DNA of 64,000 nucleotides from Desulfatiglandales bacterium (GTDB lineage Bacteria; Desulfobacterota; DSM-4660; Desulfatiglandales; HGW-15): NCBI GenBank assembly GCA_963667015.2, contig CAXXJJ010000001.1, positions 32,001 to 96,000 of the forward strand, read 5' to 3'. Shown piece by piece: positions 10,161 to 21,100 of this stretch (position 1 is its first letter; each line of letters starts with the position of its first letter). The notes under the pieces were generated by a model. It saw only the letters and a program-made list of their open reading frames with translations, ran no database searches and was not told where the DNA came from. The position numbers and the translations under genes were made by a program.

Positions 10161-12260
10161 TTAATTTGTTTCTGCTGTTTTCTGGCCGATTCGGAATATG
10201 ACAAATTCCGCAGGTTTGATTGCCGCCACACCTATCTCACAGATCATTCTTCCATTATCTATGTCTGCCTGTGTCATGGTAGAACGGTCGCACCGGACAA
10301 AAAATGCTTCATTCGGTGTTGAACCGAGAAGAGCACCGTTTCGCCATTCATTGTACAGAAAGGCAGTAATTGTATCAGTAATGTTTGACCACAGGCGTGG
10401 GCCGTTTGGCTCAAATACCGCCCACTGGGTTGAGCGGTCAATGGAATGTTCGAGGTAAATAAAATACCTGCGGACATTTACATATTTCCATTCAGGGTCT
10501 GAACTTGCAGTGCGTGCTCCCCATACTCGGTTGCCTCTTCCAAAAAAGAAACGCAGACAGTTGATGCCTTCCGGGTTTAAAATTTCCTGCATTCTGTGAT
10601 TGATCTCACGTTCAAACCTTAGTGCTCCGCGAACTATTTCATTTGCCGGAGGTTTCCATACTCCACGGTTGATATCAGTACGTGCATATATGCCTGCAAC
10701 AAATCCTGATGGAGGAACAGCTATTTCTTTAGGTATTGTTTCATTTCCCTGGCGTGCAAGGGGGTTGGGTACGACAACCCAGGGGTAATAGAGGGCTGCA
10801 TAGGTAGTGTCTATACGGCCACGGGTTTCTCTTGCATCGGTTATTGTCTGGTCTTCTTCCGTATCAAGAACTGCAATGCGGTATTTCATTCTTTCCGCAT
10901 GGCTGATCAGTGCATCCTGGACACTTTCAAAATTTGATCCTGAAGTAAGCGCAGAATGTCCCGGAGCAGCAATGATTGAGATGTCGTCAATATCTTCCAG
11001 TAATTCAAGAGCATCACTATAGGATGCCCCGCCGGTTACTGTTGTTATGGGGGCAGGCTCTGCGCCATCATTTCCGCCTGTCATTGAAAAGCTGTTTTCA
11101 GGCTGAACGCTGAACATGGCGTTATACATCTGAAGGGTGGTAACTGTGCCTGTTATGTTGAAATAGAAAGGATTCTGCAGTGCATCAGATCTATTTGTCG
11201 GATTCTGAAGAAGGACCTGACCTATGTATTTTGGATGAGTTGAGCTGAAGCTCAGGTCATCATAAACGATCCTGCACCCGTCGCTGTCTATTGCCTCAAG
11301 GTTAAAGGATATAATCTCGGCATTGGTAACAGCGGTAGTATCCAGAACAGTGATTCCGTCAGCGCCGCCAACCCAGTTTGATCCCTGTTTTTCATAGAAC
11401 AGCAGTGTTGCCCCGTCCTGTCCTGCGGCTGCAGTTGTTGGCAGACCAAGGGCAATCCTGGTGCTGTTGTCACCGATCCGCAATGTTGCTGCAGCACCGG
11501 TATCAGTTGTTGAAAGGGTCAGCATCCCCGTTGAAGGGGGCAGCGAAGCAAACACAGGAATATCTGCATTTTCAAGCAATACATTTATTTCTGCAACGCT
11601 TACGGCATTGAGGTCATTAACATCGGCTGCAGCAAAAGTTATAGTTTCTGTGCCGCCTGCCAGGACCAGTTCAAGCTGATCACCTTCATTTACTGCAAAG
11701 GTAGGTTTTGCTCCGGCAATAACTGCAGGCTGTGCATTATCGCCGGCTGCGCTTGCAACACACAAAAAAGAGCCCTGGGGCGCAGAAGCCATCCTGCTTG
11801 AGGCTATCCTGCGTCTTTTCTGGTATATGCGGATTTCGCCGTTATATCCGCTGCCCGGTGAGCGAGATATAATACTCGCCTCATTCGCTCCGTTTGAATA
11901 GATAGAAACTGACGCAGTTCCATCAGAGGTAACATTGCCTCCGCCGTCTGTTCGGGTAATAAATGTACGGCCGATATAGAGGCGTTTTCCACCATTGTCA
12001 AAAAAAGCCCTTACCGCATGGGCCATGTAATTAATAAATCCAGGGATTGAATCTGTATTGGCGGAAAAAGACAGGTTTTGAAAACCTCCGTAAATCCGTT
12101 CGAATTCTCCAAAACTGGTTATGATTTCAGGCGTACCTGTAACAGGTCCTTTTCTTGCCGGTCCCACAAATGCACAGGTACTCGTACTTACGCCCTCTAT
12201 GGATTTAGGTCTGAAACTGACCTCCTCTACATATACACCCGGTGCTAGATATTCAGGCAT
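10161..12260 (-). CDS. Phage tail sheath protein (major sheath, Afp2/3-like)
   Basis: MPEYLAPGVYVEEV; YAALYYPW; PPSGFVAGIYARTD..RGVWKPPAN; WGART...WKYVNVRR; KPAEFVIFRI. Confidence 0.96.
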   Translation of the reverse strand: MPEYLAPGVYVEEVSFRPKSIEGVSTSTCAFVGPARKGPVTGTPEIITSFGEFERIYGGFQNLSFSANTDSIPGFINYMAHAVRAFFDNGGKRLYIGRTFITRTDGGGNVTSDGTASVSIYSNGANEASIISRSPGSGYNGEIRIYQKRRRIASSRMASAPQGSFLCVASAAGDNAQPAVIAGAKPTFAVNEGDQLELVLAGGTETITFAAADVNDLNAVSVAEINVLLENADIPVFASLPPSTGMLTLSTTDTGAAATLRIGDNSTRIALGLPTTAAAGQDGATLLFYEKQGSNWVGGADGITVLDTTAVTNAEIISFNLEAIDSDGCRIVYDDLSFSSTHPKYIGQVLLQNPTNRSDALQNPFYFNITGTVTTLQMYNAMFSVQPENSFSMTGGNDGAEPAPITTVTGGASYSDALELLEDIDDISIIAAPGHSALTSGSNFESVQDALISHAERMKYRIAVLDTEEDQTITDARETRGRIDTTYAALYYPWVVVPNPLARQGNETIPKEIAVPPSGFVAGIYARTDINRGVWKPPANEIVRGALRFEREINHRMQEILNPEGINCLRFFFGRGNRVWGARTASSDPEWKYVNVRRYFIYLEHSIDRSTQWAVFEPNGPRLWSNITDTITAFLYNEWRNGALLGSTPNEAFFVRCDRSTMTQADIDNGRMICEIGVAAIKPAEFVIFRIGQKTAETN

Positions 12261-12287
12261 GTCTTGTCCTCCGTTTATTATTTATTC

Positions 12288-13145
12288 TTAAGTTAAATCT
12301 ATGAAAAGTTTAATTGATTGTGTATTTGCGGTTTTCAGTTCCAGGGAATACTCGTCTGTGTTTTCACCGCTTCCTTCAACCCTAAAAGACCTTCGCCACG
12401 TTTCATGATTTTCTTCCATAAGAGATGGATTGACCGGCCATGGCGTATCAGGAGTAACAATAACCTCCAGGGTTGCCTGGGTCTGAGTCTCTACAACCGA
12501 ACCGGTTGCAGTCCAGTCATCATCTTCGTGACCATGACCGTGGGGCAGTTCAGTACCCTGTGAAAATGTGGTTATCGGAATTCCGGGAATGATAACAGCT
12601 GCCTCTCCCCGTAAATCACTGATACCGCTCATTAATAGATCCCCTTCCGTGTTTTTTATTCTCATCATTGCACCCTGAACCGGAATTTGAGCCGTCATAT
12701 CTTCCATACTGTACAGTGATGCCCGTATAATACTCCAGTTGGGACTTAAATGTGCTGCAGGTGCAGGAAACACAGGTATGTCAAGAGGATTGAATACGCA
12801 GGATTCATCTTCAGGATTCAGGCTTCGGGGCAGATTTATGACAACTGATCTTTCGAGATATTCTCCCAGAGGATCTGTAACTGTAAATGTGAATTCAAGA
12901 TCTTCTGTGTCAGGGATATAGGGGTCAGCTGATGGTTCAGGAGAATTTTCAAATGCATCTGTATACGTTTTCAGACCTGTCCCGGAAGATATCACATGAA
13001 GAAAGGATCTGTTTGTAAAGAAGGTCAAATCGTCTGATTTTATACGGAAGGTCCGTTTGACCTGGTTTCCGGTTATCTGATCGATTATTCGCAATGCTCC
13101 GGGGTAGCGGTGACCGATCTTTTCTTTTGCTTTAATCTGTTTCAT
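12288..13145 (-). CDS. eCIS accessory protein with carboxypeptidase-regulatory-like beta-sandwich
   Basis: Lies between the cap and sheath genes; PVQGAMMRI...GISDLRGEA motif. Likely start is ATG 13145, overlapping the DUF4255 gene end. Confidence 0.6.
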   Translation of the reverse strand: MKQIKAKEKIGHRYPGALRIIDQITGNQVKRTFRIKSDDLTFFTNRSFLHVISSGTGLKTYTDAFENSPEPSADPYIPDTEDLEFTFTVTDPLGEYLERSVVINLPRSLNPEDESCVFNPLDIPVFPAPAAHLSPNWSIIRASLYSMEDMTAQIPVQGAMMRIKNTEGDLLMSGISDLRGEAAVIIPGIPITTFSQGTELPHGHGHEDDDWTATGSVVETQTQATLEVIVTPDTPWPVNPSLMEENHETWRRSFRVEGSGENTDEYSLELKTANTQSIKLFIDLT

Positions 13146-13725
13146 CAGGTGTAATAATTTCTCCGTAACCATATTGTGTTGCAACCACCGGTCTGCCGGC
13201 TTCGATCCTGTCCGGATCAATACGGACAACACGCGCAACATAGGGCAGTGATATCCTGTAGTTGGGTGTAATTACATCCCAGAGACGCATCAGGTCCTCG
13301 TTGCTCATTTCCATGGGAACAATATGTATGCGGTCGCCTGGGTCCCAGTCCCCTGAAGATGACAGATTTGATTTATCAAAAATCGGATGCTGATGAAGCT
13401 GCAGCATTGTCCATGCTGCAATTGTATGTTCAGCAAGGGCAGAATCGCCCCATATAACAAGCAGGTAATGGAGGGCAAGAGACAGTGGATTTTCTAAATC
13501 TTTTCCCCCACGTGAATATGGCATGTTTCGTGTAGCCGCATCATTTTCTACGCGGTACAGGTAGAGGGTTACGGCTGTTCCGAAGTCTTCGGTTTCTGAC
13601 AGTTCACCGCTTGAGACCAGCCTGAATTCACACGGGTATTCACTGCGTAAAGGTTCAGGGTAGGTGTTACGCAGAAAAGTGATCAATGAATCACCTACCG
13701 AATAAATACTGTAAACGCCAGCCAT
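13132..13725 (-). CDS. DUF4255 / Pvc16 (Afp16) tail terminator-cap protein
   Basis: VTLYLYRVENDAATRN...PLSLALHYLL...LHQHPI...EDLMRLWD..YRISLPYVARVVRI, the hallmark eCIS gene. Confidence 0.9.
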   Translation of the reverse strand: MAGVYSIYSVGDSLITFLRNTYPEPLRSEYPCEFRLVSSGELSETEDFGTAVTLYLYRVENDAATRNMPYSRGGKDLENPLSLALHYLLVIWGDSALAEHTIAAWTMLQLHQHPIFDKSNLSSSGDWDPGDRIHIVPMEMSNEDLMRLWDVITPNYRISLPYVARVVRIDPDRIEAGRPVVATQYGYGEIITPDETD

Positions 13726-13911
13726 TGATTTTTCTCTTTATTTGATTTTATTGAGGACAATGATTTTTTATACTTGTAATTGATGTTTTGCATTGCACAA
13801 GATACAGCTCCGCTTCCTCACTTACAGCAGCCTTTGCATTAAAATACGGCAGGCTTCTGAAGGGAAAACTGATAATACTGAGGTTTTTGAAATATTTGAG
13901 CTGATTCTTAT

Positions 13912-14157
13912 CTATATGTTTATAGCGCCGTGTTTTTCTTCATACTGACCAATGGTCTTTTGAAGAAGCTCTAAAAAGGCTTTGATATCTTCAGGACTGG
14001 TTATGATCCTGGTGTGGATATGCTCTTTTTCTTCATCCATGAAAGACTGCTCAAAATCCAGCACAAATACGGATGATCGATAGCCTACATGAAAACGGTC
14101 AGCGAAGCGGCCCTCCAGTTCCAAGGCCGGTTGAGCATTAGAGTTGTTCTGTTCCAT
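13912..14157 (-). CDS. DUF3467-like small protein, copy 1
   Basis: EGRFADRFHVGY...FVLDFEQ...HTRIITSP..KAFLELLQKTIGQYE; near-identical paralog at 29719-30000. Confidence 0.75.
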   Translation of the reverse strand: MEQNNSNAQPALELEGRFADRFHVGYRSSVFVLDFEQSFMDEEKEHIHTRIITSPEDIKAFLELLQKTIGQYEEKHGAINI

Positions 14158-14189
14158 ATCCAGTCCTTTAGTTGTTTTCCTACAACCTC

Positions 14190-14205
14190 AGCAAAAGAGG
14201 TGCCA
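14190..14205 (-). promoter_or_regulatory. Sigma-54 (-24/-12) promoter of the eCIS operon
   Basis: Minus strand TGGCACCTCTTTTGCT matches TGGCAC-N5-TTGCW, about 30 nt upstream of the DUF3467 start. Confidence 0.85.
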
Positions 14206-14241
14206 TGGGAGGTCACAGAGATGGAATAGTTTATAAGTGTA

Positions 14242-14625
14242 TGATATTGCGGTTGATATGCGGTACTTTTTATTTAGGAAGGCTGTTTTTAGCACTGAAG
14301 ATATAATGAAGCAAATGAACACATTTAACATTTTCAGGCGGGAAGATTTAAAAAATGAAGATTAATAAATATCTTCAGGAAAGGAATAAACCTAAATAAA
14401 ACAACCATTTTTATATTCCGGATGTTTTGTATATGAAGGGATTTAAAGTGTAACTCATTAAGTGTACAGTATGATATTACAATAACACATTATCTTTCAG
14501 GGCTTCTGCTTTCTACAACATTGTACTCGAATATTTTTCTGTAAAGCGTTGTCCTGCTCCAGTTCAGCTTTTCTGCAGCTTTGCTTTTATTCCAGCTTGT
14601 TTCAAGCAGGGCAGATACCAGGCGT
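14242..14625. repeat. 384-bp perfect direct repeat, copy 1 (core of a ~0.8-kb diverged duplication, ~13910-14695)
   Basis: Line-by-line comparison shows identity to 30083-30466 (offset 15,841); the flanks are homologous but diverged. Confidence 0.95.
14449..14481. promoter_or_regulatory. Candidate enhancer (UAS) sites for the sigma-54 activator; also present at 30290-30322
   Basis: Overlapping TGTA-N12-TACA and TGTA-N11-TACA dyads ~250 bp upstream of the -24 box. A second dyad TGAAGAT-N8-ATCTTCA lies at 14356-14377. Confidence 0.4.
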
Positions 14626-14726
14626 CTCCGCTCATCCTGTGACACTTTCTCTGATATGTCCAGACGCTGCTTAAGTTGTTTCGGGAAGTCCATATAGGCA
14701 ACATAGGCTTTACATTGAACTGACAT
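14490..14726 (-). pseudogene. Truncated copy of the sigma-54 activator (Fis-type HTH only); possibly an expressed stand-alone HTH
   Basis: MDFPKQLKQRLDISEKVSQDERRRLVSALLETSWNKSKAAEKLNWSRTTLYRKIFEY matches the C-terminus of 30331-31683. Homology stops at ~14693; the AAA+ domain is absent. Confidence 0.85.
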
Positions 14727-14855
14727 TATTTAATTTTTTTATACCTGAGTTTGATCATTAAACATAAGACATGCAGGAGTAGGGTATGTCACACCATGAA
14801 AAACAGCATTATGATCATATAATTTTATAAGGAATCGATTGTATAAATTTAAAAG

Positions 14856-17800
14856 CTATTCTTCAGGACGATCGGGGATCATTTTACAGGCATGAACTGC
14901 AATACGCACAGGTTTTTGAATCGTTATCCATGCTATACTTGCTGAACTATCTTCCCAGCTAATTTCAGCGTTTGGCAACGTTGGTGCCGAGGCATTCAAA
15001 TATACATCGTCCATCAATAATTCCTCACCCGTTTCGGTATCTGTATTCCACAAGTCTTGTATATGCCCCCAGCTGATGGCATTCCAATCTGCAGGATCAC
15101 TTGTTTCAGGAGCAGTTGCCATATCCATTCCAAATCGTGATTCAGAGACCCTTTCTTCAATTACAAAGTACCAACCGGCTGAGTTATCAGTCGGATTCAT
15201 ATTACCCTTTGCCATTGAATCCTTAATATCAAAACCAAGGAATGTCACATCGGGCGGAAGCTGACCGCTGAAAATTGGATTTTTAATATCTCCCGGCCAT
15301 TCTTCCTCTGATATATCCACAAGAGAATTATCATCGGGATAATGTTCCGGCAGGGTAGGAACCCGCTTGGGTTGGCCCTGCTTATCTGTTATCCAGCGAC
15401 CCTCTACAGCATAAATCATAGTATTAGGGTATTTCCTGAGGAGATCACCTCTGATAATCAAAACAACTTTTTCATCCTCTTCCCCGGTCGGAATTTTCCT
15501 GCTATCGTTATTCCCCAGCTTGTTTTTTTCCCATGAATGAATCTTTTTAATATCTCTAAGTTTATCTTCCAGGAGATCTTCTGTTAATAATTCTTCGATT
15601 AAAGTATTGAGGTCTTCTTCGGATAATTCTGACACGTCGCCTGTTAGTTTTTCATGTCTCAAGAGGATCAACCTCTTTTCATCATCAGTTAAATCAGCGA
15701 CACTATCAACAGGCTTTTCATTAAAATATTCTTCTAACAAAGTTTCGAGTTCATCTTCTTTTGGTATATAATTGCTGACATCCCAGAATTGCCTGAAGTA
15801 GGATCCACGCTGATCTGTGGGGTATTCCCGCCAGCGAAGTTCCCGGGCCATTTCATGATTTAAACCCACCATATAAGATTCCACAAACCTGCTATTGGTC
15901 TTTAAAAGGGCAAGAGTATTTTGCGGTACGGTCTCAAGGCCCGGAAGAAGCAGATCCTGGGAAATGGCCTGTAATGGTTCATACATTGGCCAGTCAAATT
16001 CCGGTGCAGCCATGATCTGATCAAGCGGATCAGCATCCTGTTTACGCTCATGCTTGTTCAAAAAGCGCAGACGTTGCCAGATCCTGGCTGTTATTGTTTT
16101 CTCCGGTTTAAGCTCTTCTAACAGTAATTTTCGGATGTCCTCAAGGTCAATGGAATAACCTTCTTCTATTTTCTCCTCTGGCTCCAGCTTTTCACAAACC
16201 GCCAATAGGGCATCCCAAAAATGAGCTGCCTTTTTGTTGTTTTCACCCTCCGGTGGGCCATGGCTGTCTAAATCTTTTATATTGCCGGTAAAATCAGGAC
16301 GTCCCGGCAATTTCTTTATTGTTTCACATGTTATGTTAGCAGGACAAAACAGATTTAATGCCTCTACAATTTCTTCTTTATCCTTAATATCTACCTCGGG
16401 GTACAATTTTTTAGTTGCCTTCAGAATCTTATACTTTTGCAACAGTCTGAAGGTCATACCGCAGACACTTAAAGCTCCATCAGGATCAGGGTGCCTCCCG
16501 GCTGCGCTCAGTGAACCGTTATTCAGCCGCTCTAAAATATCCTGTGATGGGGTATTATCAGTTCTTTTTTGTCGCTTACGTAAAGGACCACGTCGGCGTC
16601 CAATCCTGTAAAATGCCGGGTCCAATGCGGCGGAAGGGATTCTCGAATCCTTTAAGTATGCGCTGATCGTTCTTGATGGATTAAAGCGAATCTGATTGTG
16701 AACAGGAGATGTCACCCGGATTAATTCGCTCGCTGACATCCTCCCCAACCGTTCCTTGTGAATACTAATAGATGCTTCTCTTCCCATCTGAGCACGATTA
16801 AGGATCTCGTTTGCTTCGTCAACCGGTCCGATCTGATCCCAGGCAGAAGCCATTAGCTGCTCCTGCTGTTTCTGGACCACATTTGTTCCAAAGGCAGCTA
16901 CCATGCGATGACGGGGATCAAGGTTCAAGGTATCGAGCCATGAATCATTTGTAGGGATTACTTCCTTTCGAGCAGCGTGCCAGCGGCCATAAATGGGTGG
17001 AACAATTTTGGGAATTACTGTTCCTTCCTCAATATCTGCCCTTGGTTGATTCACCAGCATTTGCAGGCTTTTCTGAAATGAGTTGACAGGTGTTTCATCG
17101 GTCCATCCTGGTACATCATGCCCCCATGATGTTGGTTCCCTATCAAGTGACATGAGGGCACCTTCCAATCCCAGAACAAGGGGCACAGGTTCCAATTCCC
17201 CGTCAGGTGCATCACGTTTAACGTCATACCCTGGATTTGTGCAATCAACATCCTTAATCCCAAGACCAGTTAGCTTGCGGGGCTCCAGCCGCCTTACAAG
17301 TGCCTCAAAGTCTCCGCGCAGTCCTGTGCGGAACTGCCAGGTGTAATAATAGGGGAGAGCAATACCCGATTCAGTGTAATAAAGCTCATCTCCTGGATTG
17401 AAACCTTCATGCTCCCAGGCCGGCACACTTGCACTGATATCAGAAGACAGCTCCAGGCCGAGTCCGGCCAGCACACCCAGTTTAAAGGAAGGGACAACAA
17501 AGGCCTGGTATAATGTTCCTGTGCGCAGACGCCTTGCGCACATGAGCTGCGAAACAACACTGCTTGGATCGTTCCTGATAAGATCCTTTAATTTGTTTTC
17601 CTGATCTGATCCGGAGAAACGTGCCTCTGCGGTCATCTGTAAATGAGCCCACCGCCAGGCTTCACCCAGGTCCGGTAAAGAAGCTAAATCCGTTTTGGTG
17701 ATAAAAGGCGACCTGGCATCCGGAAAGCTTGAAGCTGGACCTTCTTCAAATTCCTTGTTGTCACCTTCTGCAATTAAAACAATTAACGTAATCCAGGGTG

Positions 17801-18176
17801 TCAGGCGTCTATTTTCATCTGGTTTACATGCAGTAAAGCGCCATGGGAAATCATGTTGTTCAAATTCTAAAAATGGAAAATAATTGGGCTCAAAATCACC
17901 CACATCTTTTTTAGGTTCACATCGGGTAATCACAGTGTCACTAAATCCAATTATATCTCCGGGACCATACATCTCAACCGTTCGAGGAATGGGAGACGAA
18001 GTATCCGAACCCGCTCCATTATGACCAGTCGGCTGTATTTCAATGTTTACAGACACGCGTTGACCGGATGCGCAGACAGTAACATCATCCAGAACATCAT
18101 CGATGAGGGTTGCCAGCCCTTCACGTACCCATGGAAGGAAATAATAATGCCCCAGAATCTCGTTATCTTCTGTCAT
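14856..18176 (-). CDS. Large uncharacterised protein (1106 aa), last gene of the giant-gene cassette
   Basis: Long ORF, ATGA-coupled to the upstream gene. Motif-like blocks YYFLPWVREGL, DFEPNYFPFLEF, GDFEALVRRL, LNLDPRHR, YMVGLNHEMARELRWREYPTDQRGSYFRQFWD. Confidence 0.85.
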   Translation of the reverse strand: MTEDNEILGHYYFLPWVREGLATLIDDVLDDVTVCASGQRVSVNIEIQPTGHNGAGSDTSSPIPRTVEMYGPGDIIGFSDTVITRCEPKKDVGDFEPNYFPFLEFEQHDFPWRFTACKPDENRRLTPWITLIVLIAEGDNKEFEEGPASSFPDARSPFITKTDLASLPDLGEAWRWAHLQMTAEARFSGSDQENKLKDLIRNDPSSVVSQLMCARRLRTGTLYQAFVVPSFKLGVLAGLGLELSSDISASVPAWEHEGFNPGDELYYTESGIALPYYYTWQFRTGLRGDFEALVRRLEPRKLTGLGIKDVDCTNPGYDVKRDAPDGELEPVPLVLGLEGALMSLDREPTSWGHDVPGWTDETPVNSFQKSLQMLVNQPRADIEEGTVIPKIVPPIYGRWHAARKEVIPTNDSWLDTLNLDPRHRMVAAFGTNVVQKQQEQLMASAWDQIGPVDEANEILNRAQMGREASISIHKERLGRMSASELIRVTSPVHNQIRFNPSRTISAYLKDSRIPSAALDPAFYRIGRRRGPLRKRQKRTDNTPSQDILERLNNGSLSAAGRHPDPDGALSVCGMTFRLLQKYKILKATKKLYPEVDIKDKEEIVEALNLFCPANITCETIKKLPGRPDFTGNIKDLDSHGPPEGENNKKAAHFWDALLAVCEKLEPEEKIEEGYSIDLEDIRKLLLEELKPEKTITARIWQRLRFLNKHERKQDADPLDQIMAAPEFDWPMYEPLQAISQDLLLPGLETVPQNTLALLKTNSRFVESYMVGLNHEMARELRWREYPTDQRGSYFRQFWDVSNYIPKEDELETLLEEYFNEKPVDSVADLTDDEKRLILLRHEKLTGDVSELSEEDLNTLIEELLTEDLLEDKLRDIKKIHSWEKNKLGNNDSRKIPTGEEDEKVVLIIRGDLLRKYPNTMIYAVEGRWITDKQGQPKRVPTLPEHYPDDNSLVDISEEEWPGDIKNPIFSGQLPPDVTFLGFDIKDSMAKGNMNPTDNSAGWYFVIEERVSESRFGMDMATAPETSDPADWNAISWGHIQDLWNTDTETGEELLMDDVYLNASAPTLPNAEISWEDSSASIAWITIQKPVRIAVHACKMIPDRPEE

Positions 18177-21100
18177 GCTGCTACCTCATAGGATGGAACA
18201 ATCTGGATCTTTTGTTCAAGTGCGGGTTTAGCCTTAATAGCATCTTCTAATGCCTGGTCAGCGGCCATGCGTGACATTTTACCGTCATTACCTTCTATCT
18301 CCGTTTCTGCTTTCATATCAATACTTCGAACAATAGTATATCCTTCCTCAAAGACCGAGACATTTGATGCAATACCGTTACGCTGATATTTTTTAAGACC
18401 TCCAGTACGAAGCGCGCTATTTCTTGAAGCTGCCCCTTTCAGAAGACGCCTCACCATTGAACCGGCCAGGCGTGCTTTGTCAGGTTTATCTGCTGTTCGT
18501 GTAATATATTCATCATCAATATATTCAGATTCATATTTGAGATCATATGCCTGAACTTTTTCATTATCAAAAGATGCTGAAACCGGTCTGAATGCAATAC
18601 CGTTTTTTAAAAGCTCGTAGGACGGTTTTGACAATTTATCTTTGTCCGACCATTTTTCAAATTGTCCCCGTGCAAAATAGTCTTTCAGATCATCGACTAT
18701 AAAATTATTCCCTGTTCCGGAGGGCACTATGCTATAAATATGGTATCCGCCAATAGGCGCATTACCATATCTTGAAAGACGAATATCAAGGGGCAACACT
18801 TTCTGGCGCACTTCAAGTGTCCCCGCAGGATGGGCAAGGAGAGGAGTAGTTCCTTCTGCCTGTGATTCTCCATCGCCATTGGCTGCTCTGTTAGAATCTT
18901 CATCTGGTGCCCGTTCAACAGAGCGCAGCGATTCCACCATTTCCCGGCCTGCCGGCAGAGTTGTTCCCCAGCTTTCCGGGCGTTCAAGGGCCGCTACAAA
19001 ATCGTTCCAGGGATTGACCGGCGGCAGCTCTTTTTTATCTCTCCTGCCCCAGGTTTTACTGAAATGAACTTCGATCTCCCACCACAGGATCTCGAAGCTC
19101 GCTTCGCCTTCTGCATGCCAGGGTGTTGTTCCGGCAAGCTGAAGATAAAGCCTGATCGCCATCAAATTGATACCTTCAAAACTGATAGAAATACCAGCCT
19201 TGATAGACACATCAAACCCAAAAGGGGAGAAATAGAACAGGGCATCAAAACCCAGGTAACCATGGACCTTGCATCCACAGGCCTCGGCCTTTAGTTCTGC
19301 CAGTGCTCCGAATTGAAATGAATTAGAAGTCAGCGCCAAATAGACTTCACACGAAAGCCGGGGATTGTTGCCCGACCCGATGCTTAAACAAAGTCGTCTG
19401 AGGGGTGGAAATTGAGGAGGTCTGTTAAACCGCGGATGAAACCCTCCAAGTGAGATGCCGAAATGTGGAATATCTCCCCACCCCAGCCTGAGAGCAGCAT
19501 CACCGCTTAAGGACATTGCAAGTACATGTGAATTATATAAACACGCGTCAATGGCAAGGGTCTTTTTTTCAAAATCAATTGCTCCAAATACATCGAGATG
19601 CAGTTCTATAAGGGCTAAATCTTCATCCGGAAAGGCGGCGGAAAAAAGACCGAGGATAACAATGCGCACCGGACTCGGCAGGGCTATGAAGAAACCAAGC
19701 TCCGCTGTAATTATTGTAGGGCTGCCCCAGCCGACGCGAAGCATGGGCCCAACAACAAACCGGTCATCTTCCGGCGGAAACACCGCCCTTAAATTACTTA
19801 TTATTGTTGGTGCATTCCTGATTGGATCTACCGGAAACAGGATAGAGTCCATTGTGTGTTGACGTATTTCTGTCCGTAAAACATCGACCAGCATATCCCG
19901 GTTGATGCCAATCAAGCCGCCAACAGCGGAGAGTGTAAAACCGAATGAAAGCTGAATGGCAGGAGTAAACTCAACGCCAATACTCACCAGCATAGAAAAT
20001 CCATCCGATCCATCCGGCATTTTCGTTGTAATAAGCCCTATAGCCGTAAGTCCAATATCACCCATTTTAAGTTGCAGAATACCAGCATATCGCTTGTTGA
20101 TATTATCAAAATCAAGAAATCCTCCTCCTTCGATTAGGCCTGCTTTGATAGCAAGGCCGGCACCTTTTGGTGGGAGGAATCCAAGTGAAACATCAAAAAT
20201 GCCAATATTCCCTGAACCATCAGAAGTAGGCTTAAATCCTAATTTAATCCCAACATTGTTAATCGATGCAGTAATAGGGCCTAGCTTTAAGCAGGCAACA
20301 ATACCAGCATTAAAATTAGTCTTAAAGTCTTCAGAATCTGTACCCAGTTTAATCTTTACACAATCAATAATAATAGTATCAAACAGTGTTTTATGAACAG
20401 GGATAGTTAAATCTAACACAGCTCCGCCTGATATATGAAATCCTCCCTGACTAGACCAGCCAACTGTTAATTCAGCATTTATACATTGAGGTGAATCTCC
20501 AAAAACCTTTTTAAGCAATCCATCACTTGAAGAAAAGTCAATAACTACTGTTGCCTTATCTAAAGCGGCTTTAATAGCAAAAATAGGATGTTGAATAGTA
20601 CCTGTTAAAGCGGCTTCTACATGAGCTTTAGAAACTTCAAAACGTGGACCATCAGATGTTCCTATTATTACCCATGGTGAAGTCTCATTCTCAATTTCTA
20701 CTATTGCTGAAGCTGACAATGAATCTTCACTTGATCCTGTTAGTTCTATTGAAACCGAATCAGGGAGTATTTTCGCATTAACAGGTGATGATGCATAGTT
20801 GCCATTTAAAAAAAGGGTAATACCATCACCAAGAGAATAGCTTGTTTGAACGTTTCCTGATACTATCGGAAAAATAACAATTCCAAAAGGGGGGCCGGTG
20901 TTTGTGCCTTCAGCTGGTATAGGAATAGCATTTAATGAAATTTTCAACAGATCTAGAGGATCACCATTTAAATCTCTTAGGATGTAGGGCATTATAGAAA
21001 GCATTTCAATTTTTTCAGGAGATGTTGGTAAGGAATTGTCATAATATTTTTCATATAAATCTTCAGGCACATCCATGACAATTGATGCAACCGGGAGCAT

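Noticed and set aside
1..13725. Prophage or T6SS interpretation of the tail genes
   Set aside because: No capsid, portal, terminase, integrase, TssJLM or ClpV in the window; DUF4255 plus two sheaths and two gp19 tubes is the eCIS pattern.
14234..14246. IHF-like site TATCA-N5-TTA upstream of both sigma-54 promoters
   Set aside because: Position is plausible and it is kept in both copies, but it mismatches the consensus in AT-rich DNA, so it is not called as a feature.
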